Assembly (NCBI GenBank): GCA_016218565.1
Contig: JACRDM010000013.1
Location: 1-34,453 of the forward strand
Source of the DNA: Elusimicrobiota bacterium
GTDB lineage: Bacteria > CAYTYR01 > UBA6262
DNA: 34,453 bases
Reading direction: 5' to 3'
Below, piece after piece: positions 25,847 to 34,453 of this stretch. Numbering within the stretch: position 1 is the stretch's first letter; each line of letters begins with the position of its first letter. The notes beneath the pieces are model-generated. The model was given only the letters and a program-made list of their open reading frames with translations. It ran no database searches and was not told where the DNA came from. The translations under genes were made by a program, and so were the position numbers.

Positions 25847-26377
25847 CTATTTTTCTATATACATGGTTGAAGCTACAACCTGAATCTTCAGCGGATCCGG
25901 ATTATCCATGCTATTGTTCACCTGCAGACTTTCGATCCGCAGCAGATTGCGCCCGCTAGCCAGTTCGTACAAAAACCTGGTCAAACCGCTAATATCAGCC
26001 TCCATGTTTATCTGCGCTTCTAGCCGTTGGTACCCTTCAGCCTGCTTGACTGGCAAAGGAGTAATACTACTGATCTTCCTGATCCCGGTACCCCGGGCAA
26101 TTTTTTCGATCTTAATGATGAAGCGGGAAGCATATTCATCAATGGCTCCTTGAGCCGGCAGTAGTTTTCTCAGACGGGAGTAATCATTGTCCAAACTTTC
26201 TTTCTGCGCCAGGAGCCCTTTGCTACTGCGCAAAAGCTGTTGTTTTGACCTGAGAGTAGTATCTATCCTCTGAAAGCATTTGAAATACTGATCCACGGCA
26301 AAAACATACAGCATGGCAATCCCTATCAGGACCACGCAGGACCAGAGGATAATTTTTTCCCGTTTTTGCAGGATCAT
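25847..26377 (-). CDS. GspM/PilO-like inner-membrane platform protein
   Basis: REK plus TM, a coiled coil, then LTRFLYEL...LRIESL. Confidence 0.75.
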   Translation of the reverse strand: MILQKREKIILWSCVVLIGIAMLYVFAVDQYFKCFQRIDTTLRSKQQLLRSSKGLLAQKESLDNDYSRLRKLLPAQGAIDEYASRFIIKIEKIARGTGIRKISSITPLPVKQAEGYQRLEAQINMEADISGLTRFLYELASGRNLLRIESLQVNNSMDNPDPLKIQVVASTMYIEK

Positions 26378-27936
26378 TCGGCTAGTGTATCCTTTAATTG
26401 GCAGTCTATTATAAATTCTATCAGGCTTTGATTACCATACTGCGCTGCCCTTGATTCCTTCATGGCTACTTTAGCAAAATAGCGGGTTTGATCAAGTTGC
26501 AAAATAAATTTGGTAACTGTCTCATAAGATCTGGTTTGGCCGCGGATAACCACCTGGCCGTGAGAATCATAGACTAAATGATCGACATATATTTCCGGCG
26601 GCGCCGCCAGGGAAATCTGCCTTAACCCTGCCAGTACTTGAGTACGGTCAGCCAGCCAGCCGCTGTAGAGTTCGTTTTTTTTCTGCAAATACCTGGCTAG
26701 TTCAACCTCATTCTTTGAAGCTGCCAATTCTAGATCGATCTCCTTAATCTGTCTTTTCTTGCTAACCAGGTTCAAGTAACTTGTCCCAGCCATATAAAGC
26801 AAAGACCCTCCGGCTATCACGGTCAAAAAAAGCATCAATTTCTTTTGTTTGGCAACAATCCTGCTGTCAAGTATCTCTGGCGGCAATAGATTTATACCTG
26901 CTAGGACTTTCTCGGTCCCCTGGTCCGCCAGGCCCAAAGCCACTGGAAATGAAGTTTCGTTTTCCAGCCAGGGTTCATCCTGGCTTTCCTGCGCTCCTGG
27001 TTCTGAACCTAAAAAACCTACCGGGATATTCAACTTTTGCTCCAGGAACTCTTTCAAGCCCGGTAGTTTGCTTCCGCCGCCGCTTAACAACAGTCTGGCT
27101 ATCTCCTTTTTTTTGTTTTCCAGACGGAAAGAGTCCAGTGACTGATTGATTTCATGCAGCAGTTTTTCTCCCCAGCTCTTACCTACTTCCCGTAGTTCCG
27201 GTTTATCAAAAACCGGCTCTTCCCTTTTCAACCGCTCACTTTCCTGCGGATCAACCACCAGGACCTTTTGCAGCATCTGGCTCAGAGTTGCCCCGCCGAT
27301 CGGCGCGCTACGGGAAAATTTCAAGGCTCCCCCGCTGATGATATCAATTTCCATAGTATGCGTACCGATCTCGATAATCGCATTTGTTTCCAGGTTATCT
27401 TTAAATAACTGCTTGAACCGGTTATATAATCCAAAAGAACTTAAGCCGATCAGAGCGGCTTTCAGCCCGGCGGCGCCGATTATTTTCAATTGTTCATCGA
27501 TAATATCCCGCCTGACCATAACTACAGCTATGTTACTATAAGTTTTTTCGTCTTCAACTTCCCGGCCTGTGATCTGGCTGGAGATCACTACTTTACCTAA
27601 AGATACCGGGACATGCTTTTCCACTTCAAAAGGAAGCATTTTGTTTATTTCATCTTCGGTGATCGATGGCAGCTTTATGAATTTCACGATCGCGGAATTA
27701 CGATTAATGCTCAGGACTATCCCGGTTTTTATGCCGTATTGCGCTCCGGCAAAGAACTCGTTCAGAAAAGCAACAGTAAAATCCCGGCGTTCCTGCTCAT
27801 TCGGCTGCCTAGCCAGGGGGATCTCTTTCTTAATTGCCTGTAACACGGTCCAGCCCTTAGAAGTTTTCTTCAGCTGAACGATCTTTACTGCCGTCGCGCC
27901 TAGATCTAAACTGGTTACTATCTTAGTCCCAAACAT
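26374..27936 (-). CDS. PilM-PilN fusion (GspL-like)
   Basis: Actin-like motifs LDLGATAVK, IEIG and LSGGGSKLPGL, then INLLP, a TM segment and a PilN-like periplasmic domain. Confidence 0.85.
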   Translation of the reverse strand: MFGTKIVTSLDLGATAVKIVQLKKTSKGWTVLQAIKKEIPLARQPNEQERRDFTVAFLNEFFAGAQYGIKTGIVLSINRNSAIVKFIKLPSITEDEINKMLPFEVEKHVPVSLGKVVISSQITGREVEDEKTYSNIAVVMVRRDIIDEQLKIIGAAGLKAALIGLSSFGLYNRFKQLFKDNLETNAIIEIGTHTMEIDIISGGALKFSRSAPIGGATLSQMLQKVLVVDPQESERLKREEPVFDKPELREVGKSWGEKLLHEINQSLDSFRLENKKKEIARLLLSGGGSKLPGLKEFLEQKLNIPVGFLGSEPGAQESQDEPWLENETSFPVALGLADQGTEKVLAGINLLPPEILDSRIVAKQKKLMLFLTVIAGGSLLYMAGTSYLNLVSKKRQIKEIDLELAASKNEVELARYLQKKNELYSGWLADRTQVLAGLRQISLAAPPEIYVDHLVYDSHGQVVIRGQTRSYETVTKFILQLDQTRYFAKVAMKESRAAQYGNQSLIEFIIDCQLKDTLAE

Positions 27937-28779
27937 TCAGTCCTCTTGCCAGAATTTTATTTCTATCCCATTCTTGGTCGGGTCAAAAGAAAGATATGCT
28001 GTCACCCTATTATAGACCCGGCCATAAGAAGCGGTACAGACTGCCTGGAAATTTTCTGCCTGGTAACAGAGTAATCCCTTGGTCCGATTCAGCGCTGATC
28101 CGTCAATGATCTGGGATAGCGCCTGTTCATTGATGTATTGGTCATCCGCTGTCCCGGTCGTCCGGTCAGGACCCAGTCGATAGGCGAGAATATCCTGGGC
28201 CTGTTTCTCGGGCATACCAGGCAATGCTTTCAACAGTTCCAACGGCGCGGTATTGACATTGATCTTGCCATTACTGTGAATGGTGGCAATAACTTCGACC
28301 TGGGCCACTATCTCCTCATTGATATCCCCGCTTAGCAACAATTCTTTCATGGTTTCCAGTTTCCAGCCAGCCTGACGGGATTGAAAGACAAAGCGCAGAA
28401 TTGCCTCGCTATTAGCTAAGCCAAAATTGGCGAATACTTTTTCTAGTATTTCCCTGGAAGCGCTGTTAAGATTGACCTTTCCTTCTTCATTAGTCAAGAG
28501 TACTGCATATTCCCCGCCGCCAATCTCACCGTTTAAGGAACGAGGATATGTTTCAGGAAAGGTCTCCTCCTTGTGATGACGATCCTTTTCTTCATAAATA
28601 GAACCAATGGCCCGTTCAATACCGCTTCTGGAAATAGCCAGAGTCTGACATTCGCGATAACGGTAATTGCTGATCCTGGCTTGCAGCCGGACAACATAGA
28701 CCAGTCCCCCTATTACCACTTCCAGGATCACTAATATCCATAATACCACTATTAAAGCCACGCCTCGGGTATTTTTCAT
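27937..28779 (-). CDS. gspK: Minor pseudopilin GspK
   Basis: RG|VALIVVLW leader without Glu5, EEGKVNLNSA and GKINVNTA. Confidence 0.9.
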   Translation of the reverse strand: MKNTRGVALIVVLWILVILEVVIGGLVYVVRLQARISNYRYRECQTLAISRSGIERAIGSIYEEKDRHHKEETFPETYPRSLNGEIGGGEYAVLLTNEEGKVNLNSASREILEKVFANFGLANSEAILRFVFQSRQAGWKLETMKELLLSGDINEEIVAQVEVIATIHSNGKINVNTAPLELLKALPGMPEKQAQDILAYRLGPDRTTGTADDQYINEQALSQIIDGSALNRTKGLLCYQAENFQAVCTASYGRVYNRVTAYLSFDPTKNGIEIKFWQED

Positions 28780-28841
28780 AATTTACATACTAACATAAAA
28801 TCCCGGAACAGGCAAGCGCTTTATCATGTCAGGTTGAAAGG

Positions 28842-29453
28842 TTAGTAATGTTTGCCGCTAAAAATAGGAGTGCTGGTCTCTAAACTAAGTTCTTCCGGAT
28901 AATGCTGGTCAGCGCTTTTTACCCGGACGCTTATTTTCACACTTTGCGGCAATTTCCCGCTTATTCCCGAATCCCACTCAGTGGCCCACTGTCCGTCGTC
29001 AAAATAGCTGAAAACAAGCTCAGTTATCAAAGAAGCGACCAGAGTAGTATAAGCTTCCTTTGGCAACCCTTTGATCAGACCTTCCGGCAATTTTTCCTCC
29101 TGGATCAATCCTTCCTGAAGATAGTATTTCACTGCTGTTATGCCGATATTTCTCTCTCCAAAATGCGCACCAGCATGGCTGGTAACAAAGGCCATCTGGG
29201 TCTTGTCTCCTTTCAGTTCCCTGAAAGCGCCGCGCAGGTCAGAGCTGATAATATCAAGCGCGGCCTGGGCATTTTGATATAGCTCAAGCTTGTTGTGCAG
29301 GTTACGGGAATTATTCATCGCGGTCCGGTAGGTAAAATACACCGTACTGATCACGAGCGATAATATTACACTGGCTATGAGCATCTCAACCAGGGTAAAT
29401 CCGTGATCATTTTTTAGCTTGCAGTACTTCAACAAGGATATCCTTTTTTTCAT
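28842..29453 (-). CDS. gspJ: Minor pseudopilin GspJ-like
   Basis: HG|FTLVEM prepilin site and W..EW...LPQSVKI. Exact start is uncertain. Confidence 0.8.
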   Translation of the reverse strand: MKKRISLLKYCKLKNDHGFTLVEMLIASVILSLVISTVYFTYRTAMNNSRNLHNKLELYQNAQAALDIISSDLRGAFRELKGDKTQMAFVTSHAGAHFGERNIGITAVKYYLQEGLIQEEKLPEGLIKGLPKEAYTTLVASLITELVFSYFDDGQWATEWDSGISGKLPQSVKISVRVKSADQHYPEELSLETSTPIFSGKHY

Positions 29454-29769
29454 TATTTTCCGGCCATTGTATTTTCAAACTTATTTTGTCAACGTGTTCA
29501 AAAGCAGGCCGGGCTTCGATCTCCCAGGTAAAATCAGGATCACTATCACCAAAATCTCCACGGCTGGGGCCATAAGCATAAGACCCTGGCTGTATTTGCG
29601 CCAATTTGCTTTCCGCCAGGGTTTTCGCCTTGATCACTTTCAGGGAATGGGAGGTTGTTCTTAAGGCCGCGCTCATGGCTTGGATCAGGACAACCAGCCC
29701 CAATGACAGGATAGCCAGGGCTAGCAGTATCTCGAGCAACATGAAACCATCCTGGTTATTGTTTTTCAT
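29407..29769 (-). CDS. gspI: Minor pseudopilin GspI-like
   Basis: DG|FMLLEIL prepilin site, with size and position typical of GspI. Confidence 0.78.
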   Translation of the reverse strand: MKNNNQDGFMLLEILLALAILSLGLVVLIQAMSAALRTTSHSLKVIKAKTLAESKLAQIQPGSYAYGPSRGDFGDSDPDFTWEIEARPAFEHVDKISLKIQWPENNEKKDILVEVLQAKK

Positions 29770-30268
29770 GATCTAATACCGTCACTTGTCCGGTCAGCCC
29801 GGAAAAAACTATAGTATATACGCGGCCGTTACTATTAGTTAAATAAATACAGGCGCTTTCCCCCAAGCCAGTGGGAGACATGGTGATAGCGGGAGGTTCG
29901 GCCTTTTTGAAAGTAATTCCTTCCGGCAGGTTCTTTTCTTTGAGCAGAGCAGTGTTTATTTTATTGAAGTTTGACAGTCCGGCGCCATTCTCCTGTTTTT
30001 CCAGCCAATAGGTCCCGGCAGAGAGGTCAAAATGCGCGCGATATCGTACTCCTTCGCTGATGGCCGCTTGATACGCATATCGTAGAACCCAGGTAACAGT
30101 CTGGGTAGAGCTTTTGAGTTTAGAATCAATATATATTTTATTGAACCCAGGCATGGCCAGCAATGCCAGAACCATCATTATTGACATTACCAGGACTAAT
30201 TCTATGAGGGTAAAGCCCTTCTTATTCCTTTTGCTTTTCCGTCCAATTGCCAAGATCATCCTCTCCAC
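29756..30268 (-). CDS. gspH: Minor pseudopilin GspH/FimT-like
   Basis: KG|FTLIEL site, directly after gspG. Exact start is uncertain. Confidence 0.8.
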   Translation of the reverse strand: MERMILAIGRKSKRNKKGFTLIELVLVMSIMMVLALLAMPGFNKIYIDSKLKSSTQTVTWVLRYAYQAAISEGVRYRAHFDLSAGTYWLEKQENGAGLSNFNKINTALLKEKNLPEGITFKKAEPPAITMSPTGLGESACIYLTNSNGRVYTIVFSGLTGQVTVLDHEKQ

Positions 30269-30656
30269 CCTCTACTCCATTCAGGCCGAAACTGTACAAG
30301 TCATAATCATTATTATGTTTCCCCGGGGCGTTATAGACATACGCATTCCCCCATGGATCAAGGGGTACATCTTTTTTCAGATACGGACCATTCCATTTTT
30401 TAACATTCCCGGGATTGGCTAACAGGGCTTTCAATCCTTCAGAGGTAGTGGGATAACGGCCGATGTCCAGTTCAAAAGCATCCAGTCCCATTCCCACTGT
30501 TTCTATTTGCAGACGCGCGGCAGAGTTCCTGGCCTGCTCAGTCCGGCCTGTCAACCGCGGCAGTACCACCGTGACCAGAATACTAATGATCACTACGACG
30601 AGCATGATCTCAATTAAAGTAAATCCTCGCTTATTCTTCAGGTATCTCACTTTCAT
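30222..30656 (-). CDS. gspG: Major pseudopilin GspG
   Basis: RG|FTLIEI, YPTTSEGL, WNGPYL, DPWG and DDLGNW. Start is at 30656 or 30650. Confidence 0.95.
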   Translation of the reverse strand: MKVRYLKNKRGFTLIEIMLVVVIISILVTVVLPRLTGRTEQARNSAARLQIETVGMGLDAFELDIGRYPTTSEGLKALLANPGNVKKWNGPYLKKDVPLDPWGNAYVYNAPGKHNNDYDLYSFGLNGVEGGEDDLGNWTEKQKE

Positions 30657-30711
30657 CTCCTGTCTTATAATACTATCGTTAGTCTCTATCCTTACCAACA
30701 ACCAGCGACTG

Positions 30712-31917
30712 TTATTTTATCGCTCCGCTGATCTCAAAGATCGGCAGCAGCATGGCCAGGACAATAAAACCGACTAACAATCCCATCAGCATGATCACCA
30801 CCGGCTCCAGCAGCCCGGTCGCAGTCTTGAGCATATTTTCAACCTTCATTTCATACGTATCAGCCACTCGCTGCAAAGATTGTTCTAAACTGCCGACTTC
30901 CTGTCCGGCCGCGATCAGGTCGCTTACTACCGGCGGGAAGATGAGACTTCTGGATAAAGGCTCAACCAAGCCTTTGCCTGATTTGATCTCAGTATAAAGA
31001 CGGTCTATCTCCACGCTGACTAAGGCGTTCCCCACTGCCTTTTTAGCTATTTCCAGGGCGCTGATCATGGGTATGCCATTGGTAAGCAAAACCCCCAAGG
31101 TGCGGGTAAATCTCACCACCATCTCATATCTAATAATCTTACCGACAATAAAGACATTCAGCTTCAGCTTATCAAACCAAAGATTTCCTAGCGGGGTCTG
31201 GCTATATCTTTTAAACCATACAGTGAGAAGAACGGCGCCTGGTACGTATATGAACCACCAGTGAATGAAAAAATTGCTGAGTCCCATCAATACGCGGGTA
31301 GGCAGCGGCAAAGCGCTTCCCACATCCTGGAAAAGCAGGCTGAATTTGGGAATGACCAGTAGTAACAGAAACAGAATGGTCCCCACGCCAATACACAGCA
31401 TAGCCAGGGGATAGGCCATAGCTGTTTTTATTCTATTGATCAGCGCCTGATCCTTTTCCTGGTAATTGGCTATACGCTCAAGACTGGCATCCAGCATACC
31501 ACCTGATTCCCCGGCTTTGATCAGACCGATATATAAAGAATCAAAGACCTCAGGATACTGGCTTAAAGCCGTGGAAAGGGACTGGCCTTTTTGAAGCTGG
31601 CCCTTGATCTCCCCGATCACCATCCTTAACTGGTTATTTTCAGTCTGCTTATAGGAAAGCTCCAGGGATTTAACCAGGGAAAGCCCGCCTTTCAAGGCCT
31701 CTGCTAACTGCCGGTGAAAGATCACCAGATCAGCCCTATTTATTTTTGTTTTCAGATATCCCCGACTATCTGTTTTTCTTTTTTCTGCGGTAATACTGAG
31801 CGGGAAAAAACCTTTTTCCTGCAGGTACCTGGCAACAGCTTTCTTGTTGTCAGCTTCCAGGACATCATTGATCACTGACCCGTCATTGGTTTTCGCCTTG
31901 AACTTATATAATCCCAT
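30712..31917 (-). CDS. gspF: Type II secretion platform protein GspF
   Basis: AGESGGML, AMAYP, LEP and LPIF motifs in a duplicated GspF/PilC domain layout. Confidence 0.93.
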   Translation of the reverse strand: MGLYKFKAKTNDGSVINDVLEADNKKAVARYLQEKGFFPLSITAEKRKTDSRGYLKTKINRADLVIFHRQLAEALKGGLSLVKSLELSYKQTENNQLRMVIGEIKGQLQKGQSLSTALSQYPEVFDSLYIGLIKAGESGGMLDASLERIANYQEKDQALINRIKTAMAYPLAMLCIGVGTILFLLLLVIPKFSLLFQDVGSALPLPTRVLMGLSNFFIHWWFIYVPGAVLLTVWFKRYSQTPLGNLWFDKLKLNVFIVGKIIRYEMVVRFTRTLGVLLTNGIPMISALEIAKKAVGNALVSVEIDRLYTEIKSGKGLVEPLSRSLIFPPVVSDLIAAGQEVGSLEQSLQRVADTYEMKVENMLKTATGLLEPVVIMLMGLLVGFIVLAMLLPIFEISGAIK

Positions 31918-33624
31918 TTACGTTACCCTGATCACTTCCTCGACACTGGTTATACCATGTATTACTTTATTGAATCCGTCTACGGCCAAAGTTCTCATGC
32001 CCCGGTTTTTAGCTTTCTGCTTGATCACACTGACTGGTTCTTTTTCTACGATCAATCTCCGTATCTCATCATCAATAATTAGTAATTCGTAAATACCGGT
32101 CCGGCCCTTATAGCCCCTATAATTGCATTCCTGGCATCCAGCCGGAGAAGCTTTATATATTTCCTGATAGCGGATATCTTCTGGTTTTAATCCCAGTTCA
32201 CTGACCAGTTCATCTTCCAGGGTATGTTTCACCCGGCATTTAAGACAAAGTTTGCGGACCAGTCTTTGCGCCAAAGCCGCTTCCACTGAAGAGGAAACCA
32301 GGTAAGGAGGTATGCCCATATCGATCAGACGGGTAATAGCCCCGCAAGCATCATTGGTATGCAGGGTACTGAACACTAAATGCCCGGTTAAAGAGGCCCT
32401 GATCGCGATCTCTGCTGTTTCCGGATCACGAACCTCGCCGACCATGATAATGTTCGGATCCTGGCGCAAAATCGATCTTAGCCCCTCAGCAAAGGTCAAG
32501 CCGATCTTGGGTTTGACCTGTATCTGGTTGATGCCTTTCAGCTGGTATTCCACCGGATCCTCAACAGTTACTATCATCTTATCCGTGGTATTAATACGGC
32601 TGAGACCAGCATATAAAGTAGTAGTTTTACCACTGCCGGTAGGGCCGGTAACTAATATAATACCATGCGGCAGTTTGATCAATTTTTCTATCGCTTTCAG
32701 GTCGTCTCCTTCCACTCCCAACTGTTCCAGTCCCAGCAGGACCCGGTGCCTGGGCAATATCCGCAGATCTATGCTTTCGCCCCAAATAGTCGGTATAGTG
32801 GAAACACGGACATCTATCTCTTCCCCTTCCAGGCTCAGCCTGATGCGGCCATCCTGCGGCAAACGTTTCTCGGCAATATTCAATTCAGCCATTATTTTAA
32901 TGCGCGAAACTATCGTGGCCTCGAACTGCTTGATCGAATCCGGCGCCGGTATCTCATGCAAGACACCGTCGATACGATAGCGTATGCGCAAGTCCTGTTC
33001 AAAAGGTTCTATATGTATATCAGTGGCTCGGTTCTTATAAGCATCGGTAATAATTTGGTTCACGAACTTTATGATCGAAACCTCATCACCCCTGGCCTCT
33101 TTTTCAAAATCCTTAAGTTCCTTCACTTTATATTCAGCGGCGCGCCCATGCACCTGGGTTTCAATGATCTCTTCCATAGTGGCCGCGCCTATGCCATAGT
33201 ATTCATGGATAGCTGCTACAATCTCTTCTTCAGCGGCCAGCATTATCCTGATATTGCCATTGATCAACAACCTTATTTCATCCTGTAAATGGATATTGAA
33301 AGGATCAGGCATAGCAATGACCAGTGTCCCGTCCTCTTCGCGCAGCGGCAGGATTCTATGCCGGTAAGCGTAATTAGCCGGAATCTTCTTCACCATGTCT
33401 GGATCAATATTTTCCTTGTTCAACCTTATATAAGGGATATTGAGGACACTGGAAAGCGCACTGAAAAGCTGGTCTTTTTTAACGTAATTCAGCCGGAGCA
33501 GAACCTGATCAAGCCTTTCAGCAGTCTCCTTTTTTATCTCGCTGGCATAAAGCCACTGCTCCTGGTCGATAATTTTATCAGCTAACAGGACCTTCTTTAA
33601 ATTTTCTTCCCAAACAGTTACCAT
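31918..33624 (-). CDS. gspE: Type II secretion ATPase GspE
   Basis: DIHIEP, PQDGR, GPTGSGKT, EDPVE, LRQDP, GH...STLH and the CxxC...CxxC zinc module. Confidence 0.95.
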   Translation of the reverse strand: MVTVWEENLKKVLLADKIIDQEQWLYASEIKKETAERLDQVLLRLNYVKKDQLFSALSSVLNIPYIRLNKENIDPDMVKKIPANYAYRHRILPLREEDGTLVIAMPDPFNIHLQDEIRLLINGNIRIMLAAEEEIVAAIHEYYGIGAATMEEIIETQVHGRAAEYKVKELKDFEKEARGDEVSIIKFVNQIITDAYKNRATDIHIEPFEQDLRIRYRIDGVLHEIPAPDSIKQFEATIVSRIKIMAELNIAEKRLPQDGRIRLSLEGEEIDVRVSTIPTIWGESIDLRILPRHRVLLGLEQLGVEGDDLKAIEKLIKLPHGIILVTGPTGSGKTTTLYAGLSRINTTDKMIVTVEDPVEYQLKGINQIQVKPKIGLTFAEGLRSILRQDPNIIMVGEVRDPETAEIAIRASLTGHLVFSTLHTNDACGAITRLIDMGIPPYLVSSSVEAALAQRLVRKLCLKCRVKHTLEDELVSELGLKPEDIRYQEIYKASPAGCQECNYRGYKGRTGIYELLIIDDEIRRLIVEKEPVSVIKQKAKNRGMRTLAVDGFNKVIHGITSVEEVIRVT

Positions 33625-33664
33625 GGACCAGCTCCTTCTTAGTGACGTTGATTAAAGTATTGAT

Positions 33665-34315
33665 TTATAATAACAACTTCTGTTCTAACTTGTCTCTTAA
33701 AAATATATCTTGCCCCTTGCGTTTTGCAATACTGGCTGCCGACTGGTTAATTCCCAGTATTTTACCTATCTCGGTCACTCTTTTATGTAGATACTGACTG
33801 CCGATATAAGCCAGCACGCTCCTTGCTTCTCTTACCCCTTTAGAACGCGTGCTTAATATTTCATCTTTTTTTAATCCGTAATAGCCGTTTAAACGTTCTA
33901 ATACATCTTCTATTCCTTTTATTTTACCAGTGGCTTTCTCTTCCTGCTCTACTTTTTCTAAAACCTGATCGACAAAATCGCCGCGGCCTAATATGCGTTC
34001 ATCATAATTTTCTCGCTCTTTAGGTTTCCTTCTCAATACTTCCTCTAGACCTCCCGCACTGCGGATGAGTCCACCTCCGCGATAATCTTCCTTTAAATTC
34101 AATCCAGCATTAACAAAATCTACATAAAGTTCAATAGCTTCCTTTTTCTCCGCACCGAAGAAGCTTAAGACCTTTTCAGTCTCAATAATTTTATATTCTC
34201 CCCTGTTTTTAATCAATTCCTTATGTCCAGTCCAGGGGTACTCGTTTAGTTTAGCAGCTTCGATTATTCCAGCTCGCACCGGATTAAGATGAATATATCT
34301 GATTAAAGGCAGTAA
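33665..34315 (-). pseudogene. 3' part of a second RAYT-type transposase gene with C-terminal HTH, interrupted by an IS
   Basis: LIRYIHLNPVRAG, YPWTGH, GGGLIRSAGG and ERILG. The HUH-containing N-terminus is replaced by unrelated sequence beyond 34315. Confidence 0.82.
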
Positions 34316-34453
34316 GGGCTTGCGACAAAATAACTGTAGCAACTTAGTCTGAAATATTGTATAATTATGGCATGGATTTTGAAACCACAATTCACAAAAA
34401 GTTTCGTTTTCTTGCTGGGCGTCTCGATGAGCATACACGCCGCATCTGGGCCG
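34316..34453 (+). mobile_element. Left end of an ISAzo13-family-like insertion sequence (truncated by the window edge)
   Basis: Starts GGGCTTGCGACAAAATAA just after TAA and contains TATAAT at 34360..34365. Family and boundary are inferred from the peptide and from the RAYT breakpoint. Confidence 0.7.
34372..34453 (+). CDS. ISAzo13-family DDE transposase, N-terminal fragment
   Basis: Hand translation MDFETTIHKKFRFLAGRLDEHTRRIWA resembles the I..RF..L...LDER.RRLWA start I recall for this family. It is absent from the ORF track. Confidence 0.75.
   Translation, partial: MDFETTIHKKFRFLAGRLDEHTRRIWA

Noticed and set aside
1685-33585. Numerous plus-strand and nested ORFs in the ORF track (e.g. 2737..3213, 4072..4695, 32312..32980)
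   Set aside because: They are antisense or frame shadows of well-supported genes and have no recognisable motifs.
34316-34438. N-terminal 41 residues of the 257-aa minus-strand ORF as a real protein start
   Set aside because: This is the antisense reading of the IS end, fused in frame by chance.

Overview
Bacterial chromosomal window, almost entirely minus-strand. It is probably from a diderm anaerobe (inferred from the secretin, outer-membrane barrel and rubrerythrin). Reading right to left in transcription order: (1) a REP-associated tyrosine transposase (RAYT) gene cut by an ISAzo13-like IS at the window edge; (2) a type II secretion operon (gspE,F,G,H,I,J,K, PilM-PilN fusion, PilO/GspM, GspC-like, TPR-tailed secretin) that continues into a FadL/PorV-like barrel and a PilZ gene; (3) tRNA(CAT)-tilS-ftsH-folE-folP-cdaA; (4) a papain-protease/PLD-lipoprotein pair sitting where cdaR-glmM often lie; (5) pdxJ-glmS-GDPD-divergent LarA-lipoprotein-DUF4921; (6) a lone plus-strand AAA/wHTH ATPase; (7) DRE-TIM aldolase-eda-rubrerythrin-rlmN-HAD; (8) an intact RAYT bracketed by identical 28-bp hairpin repeats. 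The main unexplained layer is non-coding. Many gene junctions left of the secretion operon carry short 7-8-nt-period arrays, six of them oriented alike and starting 5'-ACAG/GCAG on the mRNA strand, plus a dispersed 32-bp palindrome. All calls come from motif recognition by eye; no searches or folding programs were run.
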